Shown here in pieces: positions 1 through 12,329 of a stretch of 64,000 nucleotides of DNA. How positions within the stretch are numbered: the stretch's first letter is position 1; each line of letters starts with the position of its first letter. The notes under the pieces were generated by a model that saw nothing but the letters and a program-made list of their open reading frames with translations, ran no database searches and was not told the DNA's origin. The translations under genes and the position numbers were made by a program. The DNA is from Somniosus microcephalus (taxonomy: Eukaryota), in NCBI GenBank assembly GCA_052327205.1, contig CM126223.1, positions 68,820,001-68,884,000 of the forward strand, in the 5' to 3' direction.

Positions 1-1448
1 GAGATCCAATACTGTTGCATCCAAAACATTTTTGCCTTTAAAACGGTTTCAATGCCTTTATGGATTAGTTTAGGTTATTTTTCATTCTAACTCGCAAAAG
101 ACAGTGTCAGCTACCCAAAGGAACACACTTATCAATGCAGACAATTTTTTTTTTTTTACAATTGTAACAACATGCAGGGAGTCAACAAATAAAAGTATAG
201 AAAACAGAATTTGTGACATTGCACTCTCAGCATGCAGCATGACTGGCCCTGGACAGAAACTTGAAGGCGTAGATTCTCTGAAACCTCTTTGTGGACCCCA
301 GTTTGAAAACCTATACACTATCAGATGAGTTAAGGCGTGCACGATGTTTGCAGCCAGATGTTTATCCCATCCATCTGCGCTGGATTCCAGGCCAATTCCC
401 AGCGATGGCAGGACAACGCGCTGAGTCCACTGTACTACCAAGTTCCTCGAATCAGTTAATTCATTTGTAAAAATATTACCCTCATACGCACCAAAAAAGT
501 ACACAGCATCAGTTCTGATGCAATACAGAAGATTCACAAATGTGAGAGAACAATAATTCATGCATATAGAAAGGAACAAGTGATTAATGAAGGCCTTTCT
601 CAAGAAAAAAGATCTATGTAACACACTACTACTGGTGCAATACTCGCTCTATTCTGCACAGCAACAATTCAGAAGAAATATTAATTAAAATCTCAATTTA
701 TGCAAATACTCACTTCTGATTATGTAAATATTGTATACTGCTTTGGAATGGGGCTGGGGAAAAGATAGCTTTTTTAAACCACATATGCAGTCACTAGAAT
801 GAGGGATGTGTGATAGTAACCATCACATTTCAAGTGTGTGCGTAATGTACAATTTAATATTCACAAATCTGAAATATCACCTAAAGGAACAGAGAACAGT
901 ATTCAAAAAGAAAAAACTTAAATAAGACACACCAAAATGTAATTTAAATACAGCATACAACAAATTCAACATACATAGCCCACAACAAACTCATTTCTCA
1001 AGATTTTAAAGTGGGTATTTCCCATCTTTTTTAGAAGCAGCTATTCATCGCCAGATTATTCTTAGATGCTGGCTAGAATTCACAGCAAATCACATAGGTT
1101 AATAGGCTAAGAATTGAGCATATTAATTACCATCCTACGTGCTGCTAAAATAAAAATAAAAATCTACATTACCTCAATAGGGATATCATTAGGGGACAAA
1201 AGAATAAAACTCCCTCTAAAGCAGTAACTTGCAGATGTTAGGTAAGAAACAACCAAGTGCAAACAGAAACAAATATTCAGATATCAGAAAGCGCACAATT
1301 TAGGGAGATGCAGCATTAAAAAGGATGCACATGCAATCTTTAAATTAAGTGCAGATTGCGCAGCTGCTTAAGATGCAGATGGAGCTAGCAGCTGAATCAT
1401 ACACTGGAAAAATAATCTAGACTATAATCAATACTGTAACACTGAGAT

Positions 1449-1815
1449 AAAAACAGAAAATGCTGGAAATACTCAGCAGGTCAGGCAGCATCTGTGGAGA
1501 GAGAAACAGAGTTAACGTTTCAGGTCAATGACCTTTCGTCGGAACTGGAAAAAGTTTGAGAGATGTAACAGGTTTTAAGTAAGTGCAGGGGGCAGGGAAA
1601 GAGGGGGGAGGGGAGGAAAGAACAAAAGGGAAGATCTGTGATAGGCTGGAAGGCAGGAGAGATTAAATGGCAAAAGGGATGATGGTGCGAGGCAAAAGGA
1701 GATGGTAATGGGAATAGCAGAATCATCAACAGCTGCCACCTGAACAAATAGGGGCCGAGGTTATGATCTGAAATTGTTGAACTCGATGCCGAGTCTGGAA
1801 GGCTGTCAAGTGCCC
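1449..1815 (-). mobile_element. Penelope-like element 3' fragment (pLTR end)
   Basis: Its terminal ~65 bp match the arms of the hairpin insertion at 6721-6858. Contains a hammerhead-like core and a purine-rich segment typical of shark PLEs. Confidence 0.7.
1510..1546 (-). ncRNA. Minimal type I hammerhead ribozyme motif (Penelope-type), core variant
   Basis: Minus strand AGTT-CCGACGA-A-AGGTC-att-GACCT-GAAA-CGTT-AACT. Stem I AGTT/AACT, stem II AGGTC/GACCT, palindromic ACGT stem III. Core reads CCGACGA rather than CUGANGA. Confidence 0.65.
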
Positions 1816-1816
1816 A

Positions 1817-2492
1817 ATAGAAACATCGAAGATAGGAGCAGGAGTAGGCCATTCGGCCCCTCGAGCCTGCTCCGCCATTCAATGCGATCATGGCTGATCA
1901 TCCAAATTCAGTACCCGGTCCCTGCTTTCTCCCCATACCCCTTGATCCCTTTAGCCTTAAGAAATATATCCAACTCCTTCTTGAATATATTTAATGTATT
2001 GGCCTCTACTGCCTTCTGTGGAAGAGAACTCGCTGGGTGAAGAAATTCCTCCTCATTTCTGTCCTAAATGGCCTACCCCTTATCCTTAGACTGTGACCCC
2101 TGGTTCTGGACTCCCCGACCATCGGGAACATCCTTCCTGCATCTAGTCTGTCCAGTCCTGTCAGAATTTTATAAGTTTCAATGAGATCCCCTCTCATTCT
2201 TCTAAACTCTAGCGAGTACAAGCCCAATCGACCCAATCTCTCCTCATACGTCATTCCTGCCATCCCAGGTATCAGCCTGGTGAATCTTCGCTGAACTCCT
2301 TCCATGGCAAGAACATCCTTCCTCAGATAAGGCGACCAAAACTGCACACAATACTCAAGATGTGGTCTCACCAAGGCCCTGCACAACTGTAGCAAGACAT
2401 CCTTGTTCCTGTACTCAAACCCTCTCGCTACGAAGGCCAACATGCCATTTGCCTTCTTAACCGCCTGCTGCACCTGCATGCTTACCTTCAGC
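1817..2492 (-). mobile_element. CR1 LINE 3' fragment (5'-truncated)
   Basis: ORF 2006-2569 has the CR1 ORF2 C-terminal motifs LVRPHLEYCVQFWSP and RRMRGDLIETYKI, followed by the 3'UTR gggccgaatggcctactcctgctcct. Carries a small deletion relative to the copy at 21561. Confidence 0.92.
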
Positions 2493-4720
2493 GACTCACC
2501 AGACAGCCACATCCACACTTTCCAGGGAAGACAACTGGAGTTTGTTATACCAGGCACTGCTTTTATCACTGGGCCATCATGGGAACCCCAGGAAATATCT
2601 AATTTGCATATTTCAAGTAACCCTCTTAGTACTGCTCAAGCCAGCTGTGGCATCCAGGTTTAAAAATCTTTCCGCAGCATCATCAAATACCGTAATTGTG
2701 TTTATAAAGTTTGCTGAAGGAGCATTACCCTATTACAGTTGACTGTGGATAAATGCATACCTGATCTAAGCACAATTCTGATCCAATCATAGAATTCCAA
2801 TGTACCAAAATCAACATACATTCACCCAATATACAGAACTCCTGATCTAAGCATACAACACTCCCCAAACTATTTAGATTTTCATTGCTCAGCACACTGA
2901 ATGTGGTCAGTCCAGCAGTTGTCAGCCCCCTTTTGTATAGCATTATGTATCCTAAAGTATTTTATTTTTGATTCTGCTACAGCGTAGGCTGGGGTAAATA
3001 TTGCACTTTTCTTAATCAATCACAGTAATCCTCATCCAAGCGCAATTAGGACCAAAGCGGAACGTTTCTTGAAGTCGTTACAGAATTCAAACAGGAACTG
3101 GTTAAGTTCCTAAATCAGCAAAGAGTAGAGGATTATGACTTTGAGGTAGGAAGCTTTTTTAAAAAAAAAAAAAAAAAAATTTTTTAAATGGACAGATGGA
3201 GTCACAACAAAAGGAGCTGGATAACTGACTGACTGCAGAATAGGGTGAATGGCTTTTTATTGTTCTTTATATTAATGTTCTAATGGTTTGATCAGAATTT
3301 AATTGGACTTTTTTGGGCCAGTATCAGGTTTATAAGAAACATGAAATCCTACTGGCAGTAAACAATAAAATTAGGAAATGGTAAGCTTAAAAAACCTTCA
3401 CACTGAGTTGTGAATAGACAGCCATCCTATGCTATAAAACTGAACTTGAAGCACTCAAAGAAAGTCATGATTCTAGAAGTAACAGGGAATAGATGATACA
3501 GTATACTTCATTCAAAGCTGCTTAATTCAAAATATCTGCTAATTCAATTTTTGCACATTACATTCATACTTTGTAATGTTAATTATATTGTTTAATCCAA
3601 ATTACTGGATATTTCAATTTTTTAGTGCAAAAAACAACTTTGAATTATCAGGACCAGACTGCACAGGTTCGGAGCTAAAGCAAGAGGTAGACTAAAACAG
3701 AGTGGATCCTGTACATGGACCAAAATGACAGGTCAACTTAGATGGGCTAATATGGTATTTTCTCATTCTTACCTTAATGGAACAGAAAAGTGTAGGAATG
3801 GTGCGGTTTGTAAATTCTGTATCATTTTACCCTATGGCTCCCTCCAAATTACAATCGTCAAATAAAATCAGTCACACTCGAACGCACACAGGGATATACG
3901 TTTTATGCTACTTCAAAAGCCAGCATATGTAGAAAAGGATATTATACATCATAAAGAAACAGTTAACATATAGGAAATTACACGTGCCCAATAGAAAAGC
4001 AATATGCATGAACATGGTACAAGAGTATCTTTGACATGGAAGTAATGAGCTGTATTCACTGGTGGAGCATTTGTTTATGATCATGGAAGTACAGGTATTA
4101 TTCAAGTATATTTTTATGGAATTGTGGAAAGGATTAGACTTTCCCATAGGATACCAAATCCCAGTGCATTGAGTGGGAGTAGCTAGCCTAAATACAAGAC
4201 TTCTGTACTATAGGTGCAATCAAGTTTATTTAATTTGCAGTCAACATGTCGGCATCAACTCTTGGCAAGGATCATTGAAAAACTGCAAACTGTAAAACAC
4301 GGGTGGCGTAAGGAAATAACATTTGTTGCTTCCTATAGCCTGATTTGAGAGTTGAAACAAAGAAAAATTAGCTTATCCAATTGCGACATCTAATTTGCTG
4401 AAAAATGTAAGAACCAAAGCAGTCAAATTTATTAACCTTTGTTTTTAAAAAAAACTACATTTTGGTCTACAAGCAATCAAACTAAACAAGCCTTTAGCAC
4501 AAAATCAATTTCACCAAAGGCACACTCTCAGAACGTAGGTTTTTTTCCTCCCAATTGGTTGACTTTACTATGCCCCTGGTGTAAATGAATGCGCCATTGG
4601 AGAGTGTAAATGACAGCAGGTTCAACTCTGCCGTTACTTATTGCACTTGTGTTGGACAAATATTGAACTATGTTCAAGGAAACAAAAAAGTTGTATTATT
4701 GTGAACTAAAAACTGAACTT

Positions 4721-5508
4721 AGGTGTCAGCTTTGGCTCAGTGGTAGCACTCCTTTCTCTGACTCAAAAGGTTGTGGATTCAAGCACCACTCGAGTTCTGA
4801 GCACATAAATTTAGGCCGACATTCCAGTGCAGTACTGGAGGAATGCTGCACTGTCCGAGGTGCCGTCTTTCGGAAGCGACGTTAAATCGAGGCCCATCTG
4901 GCCTCTCAGATGGACATAATTATCCGATGGCACTACTCGAAGTAGAGCAGGAAAGTTCTATTGGTGTCCTGACTAACATTTATCCCTCAACCAACACCAC
5001 TAAAACAGATTATCTGGTCATTTCTCTTATTGCTGTTTGTGGGAACTTGTGCATAAACTGGCTGCCACGTTTCCCTATATTACAACAGTGACTACACTTC
5101 AAAAGTACTTACAGGAAACTCTTCTTTATCCGGCACCGACGTGGTGCCGGTTTATCAAAAAGTCCGGATTACAGAGAGGTATAGTAAAAGGCACGAGAGC
5201 CCCGTTCACGGCCACAGATCCAGGCGTCCCTGTTGCATGGCAACAGGTGCAGGAACCCCGGCCACAGATCCAGGCGTCCCTGTTGCATAGCAACAGGTGC
5301 CGGAACCCCGGTTACACGGCCACAGATCCAGGAACGGCCACTAATATGAAGTAAAACTTACCTGAACCTACTCCTGAATTTTGCCGGTTAACAGAGATTT
5401 CCGGTTATTTTAGGTGCCGGTAAATCGAGAGTTTCCTGTAATTGGCTGTGAAGCGCTTTGGGATGTCCTGAGGTGATGAAAGGCGCAAAATGGATGATCT
5501 TTCTTTCT
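4721..5508 (+). mobile_element. tRNA-head Deu-domain SINE (SacSINE1/AmnSINE-like), interrupted by a MITE at 5112-5438
   Basis: A box tggctcagtggt, B-box-like ggattcaagc, Deu core tatttatccctcaaccaacaccactaaaacagattatctggtc. The tail resumes at 5441. Confidence 0.8.
5112..5438. mobile_element. Tc1/mariner (pogo/Tigger-like) MITE, copy 1
   Basis: Imperfect ~26 bp TIR caggaaactc...ccggcacc / ggtgccgg...gagtttcctg, with TA duplication at 5110-5111 and 5439-5440. Confidence 0.85.
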
Positions 5509-6720
5509 AAATAACTTTTCATTATGAGGAGCCAATTCCTTCCAGTGGTTAAACAAGTAAATCCAGTGTGAAAGCAATTCAGATTAGAAGTAATGAGGCA
5601 AAGACTTTCTTGTTGAAGGGACTTCAGGCCTTAGTGTGCTCTTCCATTGTAGGTCTGCACAGGGCTATGATCTGGTTCAAGAATTTGAGCTTTACAAAAG
5701 GTCACATCATATTATTTCTCCACAACAGATTGAGCCAGTCACAAACAAACAAATGAAGTGACCATTTAAATCAAGGACAAACTAAGACACAATTGAAAAT
5801 GTACTCTCAGTCAGGAAGTAGCTATATTTAACAGCTACTAACAGAGTTTAAATTCAGCAAAGTTAGTAGTTAAATGATTAGCAAGCTCTTTTTCTGCATA
5901 TATTTTATTTACACACTTTGCCTGAGTTAATAAACAGTGAAAAAGAATATTGAGAAAATTCAGATTAGCAATGCTCAAAAGGCAAGAAGACACTGACCTT
6001 CAAGGAACACGTTTCCAAACCAACCAGCAAAAAATCAGATGCTGTCTTGCTGAAGGCTTGTTTATAATGCAAGCTACATCTTGGGACACTGGCTTAAGAG
6101 CATTGTTACTGTGTACAGCTAATTGGCTATCGTGCATGCACAATGTACAATCACAGTAATGTCAACAGATGTCATGACACACAAAACGTCTAGATCACTA
6201 TGGTGAGTTATATCATGATGGTAGTGTGCATATGAGGATATCATGGTGTTGCGTAATGACATCAGCAAAAGTGTTCCAAAATCACACTATTGCAGGAGAA
6301 GCACTTTGTGGGCAGAGTTAGACCAGGCATTCAGGCCCAGTGAAAAACAGGCCTTCCTGGCTGCAGTTCAAACAAAATCCAACAGTTTTACCTTCAACTG
6401 CCACTGGCTATGGGAGATAAATGGGAACTGGTGGCCAAAGCACCTAGAGAGAGCAACAATTACAGTATACAGCGCAAGAATTCTGCCTCATTTTGGTGCC
6501 AACGTAGTTCAATGGTAGTGCTGGCATAGTTAGCGATTACAAAGAAATCAAGCATATTTCAAAGTAGGGAGTATATTAAATTGCAACTCCAGGAAATTAC
6601 TACTCAACTGAGGGGAAACATGCATAAAGTGGTGTAGGGGCTACATTAGTGACAACAGATTTCACACAATAATTTTCTGTGATAGTGATTTAGACTGTTA
6701 ATGCGATCTCTTATATGGTG

Positions 6721-6894
6721 TAAAAACAGAAAATGCCGGAGATACTCAGCAGGTCAGACAGCATCTGTGAAGAGAGAAACAGAGTTAACATTAACTCTGT
6801 TTCTCTCTCCACAGATGCTGCCTGACCTGTTGAGTGTCTCCAGCATTTTCTGTTTTTATTTCAGATTTCCAGCATCTGCAGTATTTGCTTCTTA
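6721..6894. mobile_element. Penelope-like short insertion forming a 68 bp inverted repeat
   Basis: Arms at 6721-6788 and 6791-6858 with few mismatches. Flanking direct repeat tatatggtgta at 6712-6722 and 6895-6905. Confidence 0.75.
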
Positions 6895-7574
6895 TATATG
6901 GTGTATATGGGCTTCAGAAAGACCCAAAATTCTGCAAAATCTGACCTCCATTCAAAAAGGTTCATTTTTGTACTCTTGATATTGAAGAAAGAATGATCCA
7001 GAACCAGGACTACGGTTGGATCTACACCAGCAGATTCAGGCACAATAGTTCATCAAATTCAGCCCATTTCATATACCAAATCCATTTTCTGTTCTGCCCA
7101 TAACCAGCTGCTGCCTTCACTTGAATTTAATTATATGCATGAATAAAATAAATATAAAATAAATTCTGCTGTTAAACTACCCAATGATAATAACCAGAGC
7201 TGTGGTAGCTCATTGCAGATTTGACATCTTGAGCCAGGATATTTGGCACCATCACAACACAACCTTGGTTTCAAATCACAGCATACACACATCAAAGATA
7301 ACAATAACTTGCATCACCCTAAAGTGCTTTAAGCTCCTCCTCCCAAGCTGGAAGGCTGTAACATTTCAAGGGAGAAGGGGAAGATGATATACAAATTGTG
7401 TAGGACACCAATTGGATGAAACTGCAGGCGAGGAGGCAAACATTTCAAGCTTATGAAATAATCTTGATCTTTGGGTTTACAGTCACATAAAATATTGTAA
7501 ATAATTAAAAAAAGAGGTAAGTTAGGAATGCAAAAACATTCTTAGTGTAAAAGATTACAAAAACATTACATGCA

Positions 7575-7960
7575 CCCTGATGGCTCAGTGGGAAAGGCAG
7601 TCTATGTAACAGCTGTACAGACCAGAAGCTGCCAGGATCAATTCTCAGTCTGCGCAGATCTCAGCCAGAATAGTAGTAGATGAGCCTCAAAACGGCTCAG
7701 CACCACTGGGCTGGGAGAGGGGGAAAGAAAATCCAGCCAGAACTCCATGCTTCAGATGACTATTGTGCGTCTCCTCTAGGAAAACTGTGCATGTTTAGAC
7801 ATCAGGTTAAGACAGGGTCAGGCTCTGCTGGAATACCCCCACCTGTTGAAAAATCTACCCACCAATGTTCACTATTTAGGCTCACACACTTAAGTGAGGT
7901 AGCTTAGCATGACCACCACCCATGGACCCATACTCCATAAGAGTCAACACTTGGGCGGGG
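7575..7960 (+). mobile_element. Old tRNA-head SINE (second family), diverged
   Basis: tggctcagtgg head. Shares the blocks gatctcagcc...gctgggagaggggg...aaactgtgcatgt with 11340-11640, 12330-12620 and 54015-54220. Confidence 0.5.
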
Positions 7961-8289
7961 AGGGGCAAATTTGGAGGGGGGGGGGAATAACCATGATGCT
8001 AAATATTTTGGGAGACTGAGCAAGAATATGTCACCGCAAAAAGTTTTACACCAGGGAGAAACAGATCCAAACAAGTGTGGGAGGGTGGGTAAAGAATAAG
8101 GATGTTTTGTTTTACCAGTAACAGAAAAGGCCAGAAAAACACTTTTTGTCTAAGCCCTAATCATATAAAGATGAGCCACAGAGGCTGCATCTACACCGTT
8201 ATTGTCAAGTCGATGCTGACAAAGTTTCACACGCACAGATGCAAAAATTGTAGTATAACTCGGAGATAGTCCCCAATGATGAAGATGAA

Positions 8290-8537
8290 GTAGTATTTAC
8301 ATAGCGCCTTTAATGTAGTAAAACATCCCAAGGCGCTTCACAGAAGCGTTATCAAACAAAATTTGACATCGTGTCACATAAGGAGATATTAGGACAGATG
8401 ACCAAAAGCTTGGTCAAAGAGGTAGGTTTTAAGGAGCACCTTCAAGAGGAAAGAGAGGAAGAGGTTTAAGGAGGGAATACCAGAGCTTAGGGCCTTGACA
8501 GCTGAAGGCACGGCCACCAATGGTGGAGCGATTAAAA
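8290..8537 (-). mobile_element. L2 LINE 3' end fragment
   Basis: The reverse complement matches 63450-63705 (tttgaccaagcttttggtcatctg...gtcaaattttgtttgataacgc). Confidence 0.8.
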
Positions 8538-10504
8538 TCATATTAATCAAATTAAAATCCATACAAAAACATACTTCTCAATACTGGTAGAATGCCTACA
8601 TTCCCGTGTGTTCTCGCTAACATTTAAAATTAGCCACCTGGGATGCAGAGCTCTACACATCCATCCAAGCACATGTGCACAGAGCTCCTTTGATGCTGAC
8701 CTCAGTGTAAAGAAGGTGTACAGAACACAACATTGCACTTCGCAGATACTGAGACCAGTATAATTACAGCCAGAATCACAAGATAATTGACAGTTTCAGA
8801 CACTAGAAATGTTGTTTGAACCCGGACACTGCATGATTCCTTTAAACTCCAAAGTATATAACATTTTCCACTTTCATTTGTGGAACTGGGATTCTTCATA
8901 AACACCGTAAACTGGATAAGTTAACAGTATTCAGAGACACCTCTGGCTTTTGCGATACAACTGAATGTGCCTATAGAACGTATACAAATTAATGATAATC
9001 GATCAAGTGACTTGTGTAGCTCTAGGGTTACTTTTTGTTGCACGATACTGTACTATGCAATTCACTCTCGTGCCTATATAACTGCAAATCTTTATCACCT
9101 GATCAAAACATCTTTGGATTTTCTAGGTCCATTCCGAATATACGTGTATTGTATACAAATACAAAGCCAGTTTAAATAGCAAAACACAATTTGAAAAATG
9201 AGTCATAAAGGCATATAGAAAGGCATTAAAGGTGGCCCCAGGTGTAAAATAGGCCCGTTTATAGCATGTCAAATGATATTGTTACAGAAATGGTTTTTCA
9301 TATCACCATTTGGCAATTTAGTCACTAAGCTGTCAATTATACAACAACAGTTTACCTCACAATACACGTTCAGTTGCAGTGCATGCTGTTTTCATTATTG
9401 GACACAGTTGACTAATTTGATGAGTCAAAGCACCAACTGTTTATTCTGCCATACCTCTGTAATGATATTGCATTCCTGGCCAGTAATGAAACATGGCACT
9501 TTCCACAGCTTGTAATGTAACTCATTAAATAAGTTAACAACATGCATTTTGCAAACAAGGTCAAATAATTATTATGCAGTTTGACCCTTCCAATCACCTT
9601 CTTTCAACACAATATGTACATCAATCAAAATGCCAAGTTACAAAAGTCCGACTTTCACATTTATCCAACACATGGTAAAGCTCAAACTCACTGCTTCATC
9701 ATTCGACTGTGGCTGAGGGGCTCAATCAAAAGGAATTGGCACACTTGAAATAAAACAATCAACCAAAAATACAGTGCGTTTACTGCGCAAGCAGTACGTA
9801 GTAAATGTGGTTTATAAACACAAGATTATTCGGAACCTTTTAAAGGTTAGCATGTTTTTGGCTACTTTGCTGACTAGGCAGACTGACTAATGCGTTCTTG
9901 AAAGATTTTATTTGCAAAATCAATTATTGCTTCTAGCCCAGATTAATCAAAGCCACTATATTACATGCAATTATTTAAATTTGGATTTTCTTACATATCC
10001 TTACACTCGGAGTCCCTTGCTACGAGCTCAAACCATTTTCTTTCACCTTGCCTGTCTTATGCACCTTTAGTGGCTATCTATTGGATCTTCATCTTGTCTT
10101 CTCAGCTGGGGAAGATGTGTGACACGGTGAAGACAATATAAAATAACAGGTGCAATATTATAAAATAAATCTTAAACCAGAATCTCAAGTGTAACATCAC
10201 AACTGATGAGTGGAAGAGTTGACACTTGATAAAAAGATGAAGTGCTGCAACACTCCAAAGACCACATTGTTTCAAGAATCAATGGCAAGCAACAGAATAA
10301 GAAAGGAAGGTGCGGCGCAAACAATACGGTCGGGAGGATTCCAACCTGGTTGTGGTTTTTGATTGTGAAATCTGTAGGGGAATCAGCAAATCCTCCCAGT
10401 CAGAAATAGAATCAGTATCAACAGGTAATGAAAATCTCCATCTGGGAGTCGTCAAACATGATAAAGGATTATCACCATAAAACATACAATTAAATACAAC
10501 TTAC

Positions 10505-10642
10505 TGTCCTTCAAAGCAGTTGCAAATTCTGGTCCACCTTTCTTTTTGAAAGTAGGCAAGGAGTCTGGCTGTGGAAGCTGATTGGCAGTCACAAGAGCTT
10601 TCTGTAGTCGGATTCGTCCTTCGAGTAATTGATCCCACAACA
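10505..10642 (-). CDS. AATF: AATF coding exon 4 (AATF/Che-1 domain); later exons not found in window
   Basis: Acceptor ttctgttttaaag. Encodes [46 protein letters not shown]. Donor A|GTAAGT; 138 nt. Confidence 0.95.
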
Positions 10643-10887
10643 CTTTAAAACAGAAGATGCAAATGATTTTAGTTTCTTCTACTTCAGACTGCTTGCCTTG
10701 ACAATATTTAAGCAATAAATGGGCGTACACAAGCGTAATCAGTTGTAATTGAGGGAATATAGATTGAAGGGTGAGACAACAGGCAGTTTATCAAATTGCA
10801 GTCTTCAACTGCAAACTACAGTATGCTTGCAAGTTATTGTGAGCCAATTTCTTTTTTGTTTTACACAGCTCAGCAAGGTTAGAGGTA

Positions 10888-11209
10888 CAGGAACCTTTTT
10901 TTTAAATCCGGCACCGACGGGACCGATGTGGTGCCGGTTCATCAACAATTCCGGATAACCGAAAGCTATAGTAAAAGATACAGAGCTGAGAGCTCCGTAT
11001 AAAGCAACAAACCCTGTTGCTTAACAGGTTCAGAACAATGGCCACAAGCTCCAAGCGTCTCTGTAGCTTAGCAACAGCTGCAGCCATACCCTTGCACAGC
11101 AACAGATCGAGGAAGGCAAGTAATAAAACTTACCTGAACCTACTCCTGAATTTTGCCGGTTAACCGAGATTTCCAGTTAGTTAGGTGCCGGTAAATCGAA
11201 AGTTTCCTG
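10888..11209. mobile_element. Same MITE family, copy 2
   Basis: ta|caggaacc...agtttcctg|ta. Internal blocks are shared with copies 1 and 3. Confidence 0.85.
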
Positions 11210-11339
11210 TAACTTTATTAGCATGGTCTATAAATCTGCTAATACCTTAGACACTACTGTCTCAGGCTCGACTCTGTCCCTCAACCTAAATTGGAGGCTA
11301 GCAGCATAACCAATCATAACTTAAGAAAGGCACCCAATT

Positions 11340-11640
11340 ATATCGATCAGGAAGGAATCGGTTTAATTCCCTAGCCCAAATTGAGTTAGCGGAATCATCA
11401 GCAGTGAACTCAGCATCATGGGCTACCATCAGGGGGTGAGGGCAGTGCACCGCCTGACTTGTATCCACTGATCCTGGCTAGAAAGTGCGCATGTGTGGAT
11501 TTCCACTGAGAACACACTCAAGTTGGGCTAGGATATCCCCATGGTGGAATGTCCTGCCAAGACACGCTGTCTAGACTGATACATTAAGAATGGGCAAAGT
11601 ATCGAAGGACTGTCAGCAACTATTGAATCCTACCCAGCAT
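11340..11640 (+). mobile_element. Old SINE, second family, diverged copy
   Basis: tatccactgatcctggctagaaagtgcgcatgtgtgga block is similar to 7760-7800. Confidence 0.45.
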
Positions 11641-12329
11641 CAGTTAGTACTTCATGAGAGGCAGAAAGAAAGTTGGGGGGGGGGGGGGGGGGAAAGAAAG
11701 AGGCCATCTGGTGAAGAACATCCAGGAAATAAAAACTATTCCGTGAAAATGGTTCAAAATCAGTACTTGTCAGCTGAAAGATACAGTGCATGCAAAAAAA
11801 CCTTTCAGGAGCAGAATGCGAGACAGTCAAACCAGCTTAATTTCAAAGCCCACGTGGAACGTTTAGAAACCTATCTGGAGCTTCAATCAACCAGACATTT
11901 CTAAACCAGTGAAAGCAAGATTTGAATCTTAGCAAATAGCTGGAGTAGAATTTTAAGATAATTAATTAATTTTTTTTAAAAAGCAAAAGAGAAAAGGCTT
12001 AGTCCCAGTTCATTCATGTGCAGAGACATTCAGTTGTGTTCAATGTCCTTAATACATCAATGTTCCCCTTAAGGTGCGTGGGTGCACATCCGCACAGCAA
12101 ATTTAAAGGGACCGCGCACCAAAAAAAAGAGGGAACACTGACCACCATCCCTTGATTCTCTCAGTTTGGGCAGAATGAAAGCTACAACTGAATCCCAAAT
12201 GATGAAGGCAGATTGGAGTAAGTCTTGGCTTGCACTAGCACCTCAGTATCTGCTGGCCATCAATGACACGCACTCAGTTCCATCCATTTTTAATTCCTGT
12301 CCTCCCAATTTCACTCTTTGTCTTGCTAA

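Noticed and set aside
82-624. 180 aa minus-strand ORF as a possible AATF exon or new gene
   Set aside because: Non-ATG start, no similarity to downstream AATF sequence or any family I recognise, and no convincing splice sites.
5200-5335. Repeat-spacer-like pattern suggestive of CRISPR
   Set aside because: Eukaryotic context, and the units are tandem duplications inside a MITE with no unique spacers.
1-10504. AATF exon 5 and later exons
   Set aside because: No segment encoding the expected continuation (HKALKALLRSL-like) was found. These exons probably lie beyond the left edge, though a divergent small exon could have been missed.
12058-12140. 83 bp hAT-like mini element (caatgttccc / gggaacactg)
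   Set aside because: Only a 10 bp imperfect TIR and no matching 8 bp TSD; too weak to call.
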